Source of the DNA: an uncultured Candidatus Saccharibacteria bacterium
GTDB lineage: Bacteria > Patescibacteriota > Saccharimonadia > Saccharimonadales > Saccharimonadaceae
Length of the DNA: 24,000 nt
Direction: 5' to 3'
Assembly (NCBI GenBank): GCA_964561295.1
Contig: CAZLPA010000002.1
Span: 21,542-45,541, forward strand
This document shows, piece after piece, positions 13,616-21,867 of this stretch; the first letter of the stretch is position 1; every line of letters begins with the position of its first letter. The translations under genes and the position numbers were made by a program. The notes beneath the pieces were generated by a model, which saw nothing but the letters and a program-made list of their open reading frames with translations, searched no databases and was not told where the DNA came from.

Positions 13616-15604
13616 ATGGCTAAGTTTAAACTAGTGTCTAAGTATCAGCCTACTGGTGACCAGCCACGCGCAATTAAGCAGCTCGTGGATGGAGTTCTGG
13701 CAGGCACAAAAGAGCAGACGTTGCTAGGCGTAACGGGTTCTGGTAAGACTTTTACTATGGCCAATATCATAGCCAACGTGCAACGACCAACTCTGATTCT
13801 GGCACACAATAAAACTCTAGCTGCACAACTTTATGCGGAATTTCGAGAGTTCTTTCCGGAAAATGAAGTGCACTATTTTGTATCTTATTTTGATTATTAT
13901 CAGCCGGAAGCCTACATCGCGTCGACTGATACCTATATTGAAAAAGATTCAGCGATTAATGATGAAATTGATAGATTGAGACACGGCGCGACCGAAGCTT
14001 TGCTGACAAGAAAAGATGTGATTGTGGTGGCGTCGGTATCGTGCATTTATGGTATTGGCTCGCCAGAACACTATCTAGCCATGTCTTTTGAGCTTTCACG
14101 CGGCGAAAAGGTGGCCCAAATTGATTTCATTCGGAAATTAGTATCCATCCAATATCATCGGAATGATTTAGCTTTTGAACGTGGCAATTTTCGAGTAATG
14201 GGAGACACGGTGGATTTGTATCCGGCAAATGGAGAATACGCTTATAGATTTGAATTTGGCTTTGATACGCTTGAAAATATTAAGATAGTTGATCCTTTGA
14301 CTTTTGAAGTACGAGAAAAGCCAGAGCGGATACATATTTTTCCAAATACACATTACGCTACACCAAAAGACCAACTTGAAAAAGCGCTAAAAACCATTCG
14401 TGCGGAGTTTGATGAACGCTTCAATTATTTTCGTGAACATGAAAAATATTTAGAAGCCGAAAGATTGAGCCAGCGCACCAAATACGATCTGGAAATGTTG
14501 GAAAGCACTGGGTTCGTAAAAGGAATTGAAAATTACTCACGGCATCTAGATGGAAGAAGAGCCGGCGAACCGCCAGCAACGCTTTTGGATTTCTTCCCAG
14601 ATGACTTTTTACTAATTGTCGATGAGTCCCATATGACTTTACCGCAAGTAAGGGGTATGTATAATGGCGATCACGCTCGGAAAGAGACTTTGGTAGAGTA
14701 TGGTTTTCGCTTGCCAAGCGCACTAGATAATCGCCCTTTGACTTATGGCGAATTTCAATCACATATTAACCAAGCGATTTACGTATCGGCAACGCCGGGT
14801 GAGTATGAGCTCGAACATTCACCGGCGCCAGCAGAGCAAGTAATTCGCCCGACTGGACTTCTGGATCCTGAAGTAGAAGTAAGGAGTAGCGATGGACAGA
14901 TTGATGATTTAATGGAAGAAATTGACCAGCGTATTGCTAAAAGGCAGCGAACTCTAATTACGACACTTACCAAAAGAATGGCGGAAGATTTAACAGATCA
15001 CTTGAAGGAGCGGGGCGTAAAAACAGCATATATCCATTCAGATATTGATACTTTGGAGCGCGGTGATATTTTGCGAGATCTGCGCGAAGGCGTGTATGAT
15101 GTACTGGTAGGGATTAATCTTCTGCGCGAGGGCCTGGACCTTCCAGAAGTCTCATTGGTAGCAATACTAGACGCTGATAAAGAAGGATTTTTGCGTTCCG
15201 AATCGGCATTAATTCAGACCATTGGTCGCGCGGCACGCCACGTAGAAGGCAAAGTAATTATGTATGCAAACTTCATTACCGAAAGCATGGAAAAAGCAAT
15301 TTCAGAAACTAACCGGCGGCGTGAAATACAGAAACAGTATAATTTTGAGCACAATATTACACCAACATCCATCAAAAAAGAAGTAGGGTTGGGCCTACGT
15401 GCGATTATCCCAGAAAAACAAGTAGAAAATAAATTAGATATTAAACGCGTGCCAAAGGATGAGTTGCCTGGGCTAGTAAAATCTTTGTCATCCGAAATGC
15501 AACTTGCGGCCGCAAATTTGGAATTTGAAAAAGCAGCCCTGCTTCGAGATGAGATTGAAAAAATCAAACAATATATGAACGGAGAAAAACCAAGTGGCCG
15601 GTAG
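13616..15604 (+). CDS. uvrB: excinuclease ABC subunit B
   Basis: [19 protein letters not shown]......[14 protein letters not shown], helicase motifs, and a C-terminal UVR domain ([17 protein letters not shown]). Confidence 0.97.
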   Translation: MAKFKLVSKYQPTGDQPRAIKQLVDGVLAGTKEQTLLGVTGSGKTFTMANIIANVQRPTLILAHNKTLAAQLYAEFREFFPENEVHYFVSYFDYYQPEAYIASTDTYIEKDSAINDEIDRLRHGATEALLTRKDVIVVASVSCIYGIGSPEHYLAMSFELSRGEKVAQIDFIRKLVSIQYHRNDLAFERGNFRVMGDTVDLYPANGEYAYRFEFGFDTLENIKIVDPLTFEVREKPERIHIFPNTHYATPKDQLEKALKTIRAEFDERFNYFREHEKYLEAERLSQRTKYDLEMLESTGFVKGIENYSRHLDGRRAGEPPATLLDFFPDDFLLIVDESHMTLPQVRGMYNGDHARKETLVEYGFRLPSALDNRPLTYGEFQSHINQAIYVSATPGEYELEHSPAPAEQVIRPTGLLDPEVEVRSSDGQIDDLMEEIDQRIAKRQRTLITTLTKRMAEDLTDHLKERGVKTAYIHSDIDTLERGDILRDLREGVYDVLVGINLLREGLDLPEVSLVAILDADKEGFLRSESALIQTIGRAARHVEGKVIMYANFITESMEKAISETNRRREIQKQYNFEHNITPTSIKKEVGLGLRAIIPEKQVENKLDIKRVPKDELPGLVKSLSSEMQLAAANLEFEKAALLRDEIEKIKQYMNGEKPSGR

Positions 15605-16544
15605 GAAATTAGACATTGCAATTATTGTTCCAGTCTATAATGCCGAGAAGTACTTAGCAAGATGTGTTGAATCTGTGATAAAGGCCTTGGATAATTATGA
15701 TGGCGATGGTGAGATTTTATTAATCGACAATAATTCAAAAGATAATTCGCCAAAAATTGCTAAAGATTTCGAAATGAAATACCCACAAATAGTAAAATGT
15801 CATAAATGTACGACGCCGGGAGCCGGAGCAGCAAGGAATTATGCGGTACCAAAAGTTAATGCGCGATATTTTTGGTTTGTGGATGCCGATGATGAAATTA
15901 GTGTTGATTCTATACAGAAGTTAATGTCTGAGGCAGACCGAACCAAGGCCGATTTTATTATGCTGGGCTTAGTTAAGGTTTATCCGGATGGACACAGGGA
16001 GAAAATACCAGCATTTTCGCCACAAAAGGCAGATTTCAAGAGCAGATTCATTAGAAGTGAGCTAGGGCCAGTGCAGGTTTTAATTAAAAAGGCGTGGTAT
16101 GAGAAAAATGAGTTTAAATTTATGGAAGGAAGAATCCATGAAGATATGGAAATGATGCCGGCCTTGATGTTGTACACGGATAACATTTCTGCGATAAATG
16201 AACCACTATATATCTACTATCAAAACCCAGATTCTACCCTACATAAATTAGAATGGGACGAACATTACTATGATATTTTTCCAGCACTAGAAGGTTTGTA
16301 TGCGCGGTTTAATAAAGCCGGCGCGGCGAGAAAATATCATGATGAGCTTGAGTGGTTTTTTATTTGGAATCTGCTAATGGATTCGGCGGAATATTATGGT
16401 AAGTTTAGCGAGGGTCGGGCAGGACTCAAAAAGTCCCGCGCCATGCTAAAGGAATATTTCCCACATTGGTACAAAAATAAGTTTCTAAAAAATACGAATC
16501 TAAAAACGCGCACCAAAATCATCTTAAATTATCTTAAAGTTTGA
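15594..16544 (+). CDS. family 2 glycosyltransferase
   Basis: [30 protein letters not shown] and FVDADD are GT-A/GT2 motifs. The GTG start overlaps the uvrB end by 11 nt. Ends in a tandem TGATGA. Confidence 0.85.
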   Translation: MAGRKLDIAIIVPVYNAEKYLARCVESVIKALDNYDGDGEILLIDNNSKDNSPKIAKDFEMKYPQIVKCHKCTTPGAGAARNYAVPKVNARYFWFVDADDEISVDSIQKLMSEADRTKADFIMLGLVKVYPDGHREKIPAFSPQKADFKSRFIRSELGPVQVLIKKAWYEKNEFKFMEGRIHEDMEMMPALMLYTDNISAINEPLYIYYQNPDSTLHKLEWDEHYYDIFPALEGLYARFNKAGAARKYHDELEWFFIWNLLMDSAEYYGKFSEGRAGLKKSRAMLKEYFPHWYKNKFLKNTNLKTRTKIILNYLKV

Positions 16545-17583
16545 TGATTTTGCGAAGACGACGTTTGATTTTATTAATTAGGAGTTTATGTTTATCAAAA
16601 ACATAGCAGAAACCGCCGATGTATTCTTCGGTAATGCCACGTAGGCCACCTTTGAAATAGAGTAAAGGATTGTTGGGCGAGAAAGTACCTTCCATGCCGT
16701 AGAGATTAAGGCGTGTTTGACCGCGGCGTAAACATTCTTCAATGTTCCAACCTTTAATAGCCGTGGAGCCGTTAAAATGTTTGTTCTTCTCTACGGTGCC
16801 GGCGACAAAAGCAACCATTTCATTAGGATGGATGATATCGACCTCGCTTGAGACCAATTCGCCATTATCCTTGCGACGTGCCTCTACAAAGATCGCGTCC
16901 TTGCCAAAAGCGTCCCAAAGATCTTCGAAATATTTAACTTTGCGCGTATGGACACCGTTGCGTTTATCGCTATCCTGGAGAGCAGTGAGCCACTCTGGCA
17001 ATTCGGATTTATCTTTAAGCACATGAATGTCTAGTTCGCGGCGAGTTTTATGAAGCTTCTTGCGGGTACTACTATTCATGGTGAGCTCGGCATCGCGAAT
17101 ATCTTTGATGCCGGTGAGGTCTTTAACGAACATCCAGCGATTCGCCTTGTTTTCAATAGCAGTAGTAAAGCCTTCGTGTATGAAACCCTGCTTTTTGAAA
17201 GCCTCAAAAATAGCACTAGTATCTGGTTGCTCTACGATACTACCATCTAATTCGCGTGTAGCATAAACAATGGGCGGGAAAATTTCTAACTTGATAAGAC
17301 CTTGCGTGATGGAATATTTTTTGATTTCTTGGAGGAAGAAATTTAGGAGCTTGAGATTTTGGTAATCTAAAATAGGACCGAGCTGAATCCAGGCTTCCTT
17401 GTCACGCTCGACAATGAGAGCCGCAGCAAGTACTTTTTTATCGTCTTTAATGCCCACAAGGGAAGTATTAAAACCCATTTTAGTACGAAGTGTGGCGCGC
17501 GGAACAGATTGAAAAAAGTTACCGGTGGGCGCAGAACGTTCGAATTTGGTAAATTCCTTGGCGGTAAGTGTAGCGAAATTCAT
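16534..17583 (-). CDS. FemAB-family peptidoglycan interpeptide-bridge aminoacyltransferase (FemX/MurM-like)
   Basis: FATLTAKEFTKF...FFQS is a typical N-terminus. The C-terminus is LYGMEGTFSPNNPLLYFKGGLRGITEEYIGGF. SD aaggaga lies upstream. Confidence 0.8.
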   Translation of the reverse strand: MNFATLTAKEFTKFERSAPTGNFFQSVPRATLRTKMGFNTSLVGIKDDKKVLAAALIVERDKEAWIQLGPILDYQNLKLLNFFLQEIKKYSITQGLIKLEIFPPIVYATRELDGSIVEQPDTSAIFEAFKKQGFIHEGFTTAIENKANRWMFVKDLTGIKDIRDAELTMNSSTRKKLHKTRRELDIHVLKDKSELPEWLTALQDSDKRNGVHTRKVKYFEDLWDAFGKDAIFVEARRKDNGELVSSEVDIIHPNEMVAFVAGTVEKNKHFNGSTAIKGWNIEECLRRGQTRLNLYGMEGTFSPNNPLLYFKGGLRGITEEYIGGFCYVFDKHKLLINKIKRRLRKIIKL

Positions 17584-17594
17584 GTTTCTCCTTG

Positions 17595-18680
17595 TTAAGT
17601 TAAGTCCCTATGTTCTGTGGGACGGAGTTTTTTAAGATAAAGCACACCGAGAGGGTTAAGTGGGGTGGCAAAGGTGCCAACAAATTCTTCAACTTCGCCA
17701 TGAAATCCTTGCTTAAACTTAAAGACGCCATTTTCTGGGTCTGGGTTAGTGCCCCAAAAGTTATACTTGCGGTAACCATTGGCGTAAGCATATCTAATCA
17801 TTGCCCACTGGATGAGATGTGGGCCACCAAGCTTCTTGTGCTCGCGACTGAGGCCGCTAGAAAGGTAGATGACCTCATCGCCATAAAGGATAAAGAAAGC
17901 GGCCGCAATAGGCGTGCCATCTGGAAGCTCGGCCACGATGGCTGTAACTTCTGGGCCGAAAGCTTCCGCCATTTGTTCAAAAAACTTTTGGTCACGTGGT
18001 ACAAAACCATGAAGCCGGCCAGACTCGGCAAGCAATTTCAGCAAAATGTCGTACTCAGCTGGCGGAAGTTCGCGTAATTTTACACCGTAGCGTTCAGTGG
18101 CGTAACGAATTGTATAACGATGATCCCGGCGAAAACTATGGAGTAACTTTTGCTCGTTTTCTGGTGAGAGATCTGGGGATAATACGGTCGATTTCTTTTT
18201 AGCTGGCTGGATCTGGGGGAGATTTTCTACTTTACTAAAATCGATTGCGTAAGTCCACTTAACCTGTTCATATTCACCAAGATATTTAAAACCGTGACTC
18301 TTTAAAGTCTTAGAAAAATCGGTAGGGACATCTGGCGCTAAGAGTGTGGGGGAAATTTGGAGGACAATGCCGTGCCTAGTTTTTAAGAATTTTTTACTTT
18401 CGTCCAAGAAAAAGGCAAATTCTGATCGGTGTTTGTTATAATCGGTAAGCGGACCACGGGAAAAGGTGAAAATTTTCTTGCCATAGCGCTCGTAGATGTT
18501 ACTCGCGAGCCCAGCTACGACGAGCTTGCCATCACAAAAAAGGCCAAGCAAATAAGCCTCACGCTGAATTTGTTGGTAACGTTGGTACATTTGAGGGCTC
18601 TGCATATAACTCTTAACAGCACAACTTCTAGTGAACTGCGTAAATTCTTCTAGTGAAATTTCACGAAAAACTTTATTCAT
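17595..18680 (-). CDS. FemAB-family peptidoglycan interpeptide-bridge aminoacyltransferase, second paralogue
   Basis: ISLEEFTQF....AVKSYMQS at the N-terminus, and YNFWGTNPDPENGVFKFKQGFHGEVEEFVGTF at the C-terminus. Sits in tandem with the gene at 16534-17583. Confidence 0.8.
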   Translation of the reverse strand: MNKVFREISLEEFTQFTRSCAVKSYMQSPQMYQRYQQIQREAYLLGLFCDGKLVVAGLASNIYERYGKKIFTFSRGPLTDYNKHRSEFAFFLDESKKFLKTRHGIVLQISPTLLAPDVPTDFSKTLKSHGFKYLGEYEQVKWTYAIDFSKVENLPQIQPAKKKSTVLSPDLSPENEQKLLHSFRRDHRYTIRYATERYGVKLRELPPAEYDILLKLLAESGRLHGFVPRDQKFFEQMAEAFGPEVTAIVAELPDGTPIAAAFFILYGDEVIYLSSGLSREHKKLGGPHLIQWAMIRYAYANGYRKYNFWGTNPDPENGVFKFKQGFHGEVEEFVGTFATPLNPLGVLYLKKLRPTEHRDLT

Positions 18681-18690
18681 AACTATATAT

Positions 18691-18699
18691 ATTATAGCA
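18691..18699 (-). promoter_or_regulatory. extended -10 (TGCTATAAT, minus strand) for the FemAB operon
   Basis: Plus-strand attatagca, 10 nt from the ATG at 18680, with no SD. Confidence 0.45.
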
Positions 18700-18710
18700 T
18701 ATTCGTTACG

Positions 18711-18968
18711 CTAGCTACTGCGCATACAACGTACAGAAACGCCCCTGTTTTTAGCGGTGGCTGCAACCAAGACTCCTGCACTCCCATTGCCATGAGTAAA
18801 TCTTACTGCGGCGGCACTTCTGTCATTATTTCTTCTAGAGGTCCAGAGGAACCCATTACTGCCGACTTCGGCCTGAGAACCAGATGCCCCGATGTATCCA
18901 GTAGTAGATAATATTATTAAATTAAAAGTATTAGTGCCGAACATGTTTACGTCATCGTAAGTAGGCAA
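18711..18968 (-). pseudogene. remnant of a DUF1566 / Fibrobacter-paralogous-domain (lectin-like) surface protein gene
   Basis: CIWSLPTYDDV (upstream extension of the frame), then GFLWTSRRNN...A..V.F..G.........KNRGVSVRCMR resembles the W.LPt...... yWSSt....a....f......k....VRCV pattern. There is no signal peptide. The start is a TTG, with an in-frame TAA just upstream. GC is elevated (about 52% in a hand count). Confidence 0.4.
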
Positions 18969-19037
18969 GGACCAGATGCACTTTTGTTATAACACGCTTT
19001 AACTTATTTATGCAATAATTGTTTTCTGTAAAGGTTA

Positions 19038-19046
19038 TGGTATAAT
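19038..19046 (+). promoter_or_regulatory. extended -10 (TGGTATAAT) 7 nt upstream of the phosphoketolase ATG; predicted leaderless start
   Basis: TATAAT at 19041-19046 and ATG at 19054. Confidence 0.5.
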
Positions 19047-19053
19047 TTGGAAT

Positions 19054-19989
19054 ATGAGTGGGCGAGCAGACATTGCGACGATTGAAAAAATTAAGAAACG
19101 GATTCGGGCTTGTGACTATTTGTCTGCTGTGCAGCTTTATCTTAGGGATAATTTCTTACTAAAGAGCCCTCTAAGCTACGATGATATTAAGCCAAGATTG
19201 CTAGGACATTGGGGAACTTGTCATGGTATTAACGTAGCTTATGCTAATCTTAAAAGTTATTTCGGCGATGATCCGAACTTTATGTTTGTGCTAGGGCCAG
19301 GGCATGGGTTCCCAGCATTACAAGCGAATTTGTTTATTGATGGGGAGTTAGAAAAAGTTGATTCTAAGGCTACTTTAGACTATGATGGGCTAGCTTATAT
19401 TTGCAAGAATTTCTCCTGGCCAGACGGATTTCCGTCGCACGCTAGCCCAATGACGCCAAATATCATCACGGAGGGTGGGGAATTGGGTTACGCCCTTGCT
19501 AATGCTTATGGTGTAGCGCTTGGCCATCCAGAAAAAGTTTTAGCAGTATTAATTGGTGATGGCGAACTAGAGACTGCCACAGCAATTGATTCTCTTAGTC
19601 TGCGTAATTTGTTGACTGGGTCAAATAATGGCAGAGTGCTACCATTTTTGCATCTCAATGGTTATAAGATCTCAGCACCATCGCTTTATGCACGTAAATC
19701 CGAGCGCGAGCTAAATGAACTTATACGGGGATTTGGTTTTACGCCGATCTGGATTCGTGGGAGCGATCCAGAGAAATTCCAAGAAGCCTTGCGCGAGAAA
19801 ATAGAAGCACCATTTTATATTTTGCAAACCGAGAAGGGCGAGACTGGCCCCAATCGTTATCATATGGCGCACCAGATTCCACTTAAAAATCCTGCAAGCA
19901 ATTTTGGTGAATTGGAAGGATTAGAGGATTGGCTAAAGTCGTATAATTTTGGCGAACTTTTCAGTGCAAAGGAAGGATTTATATGGTAG
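19054..19989 (+). CDS. xfp: phosphoketolase (XFP family), N-terminal thiamine-diphosphate PP-domain portion
   Basis: LLGHWGTCHG, GPGHG, FSWPDGFPSHASP..P..I.EGGELGYAL, IGDGELET, LPFLHLNGYKIS, AHQIPL and WLKSY are colinear with roughly the first 380 aa of XFP enzymes. Confidence 0.88.
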   Translation: MSGRADIATIEKIKKRIRACDYLSAVQLYLRDNFLLKSPLSYDDIKPRLLGHWGTCHGINVAYANLKSYFGDDPNFMFVLGPGHGFPALQANLFIDGELEKVDSKATLDYDGLAYICKNFSWPDGFPSHASPMTPNIITEGGELGYALANAYGVALGHPEKVLAVLIGDGELETATAIDSLSLRNLLTGSNNGRVLPFLHLNGYKISAPSLYARKSERELNELIRGFGFTPIWIRGSDPEKFQEALREKIEAPFYILQTEKGETGPNRYHMAHQIPLKNPASNFGELEGLEDWLKSYNFGELFSAKEGFIW

Positions 19990-21155
19990 ATAGAGTAGAG
20001 AACCCTGGGACGGAATATTTCTCGCCGGCGCGCAAGATCGGTGAGCTTTTAGCGCGCGAGTTAGATAATGACCCGTACTTTTATTTCTTCTCGCCGGATG
20101 AGACTACCTCTAACAAGCTTGATGCAGTATTTGATGTGGCAGAGCGAGCCTGGGGCACCTTAGAACAAAAGCCGTGGGACTTGCCAGAAAGTAATAGCGG
20201 CCGAATTGTGGAAATGTTGTCTGAAAACGTGTTATTCTCGGTAATGACCGGGCATCTAACAAATGGGGAACAGGCAATGATGGGGAGCTATGAAGCGTTT
20301 TTGCCGATTATCACTTCGCAATTGTTACAGCAAATAAAGTTTATTAAGCAAGCAAAACAAGTGCCCTGGCATAAGCCAATGCCAGCAGTGAATTTATTGT
20401 CGACATCCACCTGCTGGCGGCAAGACCATAATGGTTTTACGCATCAATCGCCAGCATTAATTTCACAATTGTTGGCTCTTCCGTCTAATCTTGCAAACTG
20501 CATCTTTCCGGTGGATGATGTGGCGGCTGAAGTGGCTTTTGATTTTATGCTAGATTCAAGAAATGTTGTAAATCTTACAACATTTAATAAGAATGGCCTG
20601 CCTCGTTACATCGATTCGCACCATGCTAAGTTCCAATTTGAAAACGGTGGAGCATCGATTTATCAATTTACCTCGGATGAGAATCCCGACATTATATTTA
20701 CGGCGGCTGGTGACATTGTAACGCATGAAACACTAGAAGCAATGAGAATATTAAGGGAAGATTTGCCAGGGCTTAAAATGCGTTTTGTGGGGATTACGGC
20801 GCTATCGTACCGCGCGATTGGTACGACCGACAACAAATTATCGCACGAGAGATTTAAAGAGATGTTTACGGAAAAATGTCCGATTATCGCTAATTTTCAC
20901 GGTTATCCAGAAACCCTAGAAAATATCCTGGAGAATTATACTGAACGGCGCAGATTGCGGGTACATGGTTTTAATGAAGAAGGTTCTACGACCACGCCTT
21001 TTGAAATGTTGCGTCGTAATGCGGCTTCACGCTACGACTTAGCAATTGATGTGGCTGAGGTGTTGGGGCGAACTAAATTGGTTGAAAAATATCAAGATAT
21101 TTTAGAAATGAATCATGAATATGCCGTGGAGCACGGTGAAGATTTGATAAAATAA
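19983..21155 (+). CDS. xfp: phosphoketolase (XFP family), middle (Pyr) plus C-terminal domain portion
   Basis: FFSPDETTSNKL, SYEAF, NLL.TSTCWRQDHNGFTHQSP, HGYPE and VHGFNEEGSTTTPFEM are present. The ATG overlaps the upstream TAG (ATGGTAG) in a different frame. Confidence 0.88.
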   Translation: MVDRVENPGTEYFSPARKIGELLARELDNDPYFYFFSPDETTSNKLDAVFDVAERAWGTLEQKPWDLPESNSGRIVEMLSENVLFSVMTGHLTNGEQAMMGSYEAFLPIITSQLLQQIKFIKQAKQVPWHKPMPAVNLLSTSTCWRQDHNGFTHQSPALISQLLALPSNLANCIFPVDDVAAEVAFDFMLDSRNVVNLTTFNKNGLPRYIDSHHAKFQFENGGASIYQFTSDENPDIIFTAAGDIVTHETLEAMRILREDLPGLKMRFVGITALSYRAIGTTDNKLSHERFKEMFTEKCPIIANFHGYPETLENILENYTERRRLRVHGFNEEGSTTTPFEMLRRNAASRYDLAIDVAEVLGRTKLVEKYQDILEMNHEYAVEHGEDLIK

Positions 21156-21180
21156 GTAGATTTGATAAAATATCGTTATT

Positions 21181-21867
21181 ATGGAATTATTTATTTTATT
21201 AGTAGTTTTGATTATTTTAGCTGAAACTACAATTTTAGTATCAAGAAAATATAAGCCGACTTTAAATAGCCGACGCAAGGTATATGTCGATACATCTGCC
21301 CTTATCGACGGACGTATTTTGAACATTGCACGCAGTGGCTTTCTAGATGGAGATTTAATTATCTTAAAGAGCGTGTTGCTTGAATTGCAACTTTTGGCCG
21401 ACGGAAAAGATGCCGAGAAAAGAAATCGCGCACGTGCCGGACTAGAAACGGCGGCCGAGCTAGAGCGTGTGATAAATATAAATACTGAAGTGGTCGACGA
21501 CGGCGAAGGACACAAGAAAGTAGATGAAGAACTCCTAAAAATTGCCAAAGATACGCGCGGTTTGATTTTAACTTTAGATTACAACCTAATTAAGGTAGCC
21601 GAGGCAGAGAAAATTGAGACCCTTAATATTAATGATCTCGCGCTCGCGGTACGCAATGAATTCTTGCCAGGCGAAAAAATTAAACTGAAGATTCTAGAAA
21701 AAGGCTCTAATCGTGGACAAGGTGTAGGACACTTAAGCGACGGCACTATGGTAGTCGTAGATAATGCAGCCAATAAAATTGGCAAAGAAGTGACCGTAGA
21801 ATTTGTAAAGTTCTACGGTACTTCGGCTGGCAAGATGATTTTTGCTAAATTAGCTAAACGCAACTAA
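21181..21867 (+). CDS. yacL: PIN and TRAM domain-containing membrane-anchored protein (YacL family)
   Basis: N-terminal TM segment, then VDTSALIDGRI..IARSGFLDG.LI....VL.ELQ.LADG.D..KRNRAR.GLE, then LNINDLA.AV......PGE........KG....QGVG.L.DGTMVVV....N.IG..V.V......T.AGKMIFAK. This is colinear with B. subtilis YacL. Confidence 0.85.
   Translation: MELFILLVVLIILAETTILVSRKYKPTLNSRRKVYVDTSALIDGRILNIARSGFLDGDLIILKSVLLELQLLADGKDAEKRNRARAGLETAAELERVININTEVVDDGEGHKKVDEELLKIAKDTRGLILTLDYNLIKVAEAEKIETLNINDLALAVRNEFLPGEKIKLKILEKGSNRGQGVGHLSDGTMVVVDNAANKIGKEVTVEFVKFYGTSAGKMIFAKLAKRN

Noticed and set aside
11852-16544. Alternative genetic code (UGA read as Trp or Gly, as in some CPR lineages) as the explanation for the lysS internal TGA
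   Set aside because: Only one in-frame TGA occurs in about 24 kb of well-conserved genes. The GT2 gene ends in a tandem TGATGA, and frr ends in TGA at the expected C-terminus. TGA therefore appears to be a normal, if rare, stop codon here.
21181-21867. PIN-domain protein as a VapC-type toxin of a toxin-antitoxin system
   Set aside because: The protein is colinear with the housekeeping YacL family (N-terminal TM, PIN, C-terminal TRAM). It has no small antitoxin gene upstream and its own promoter-like element.
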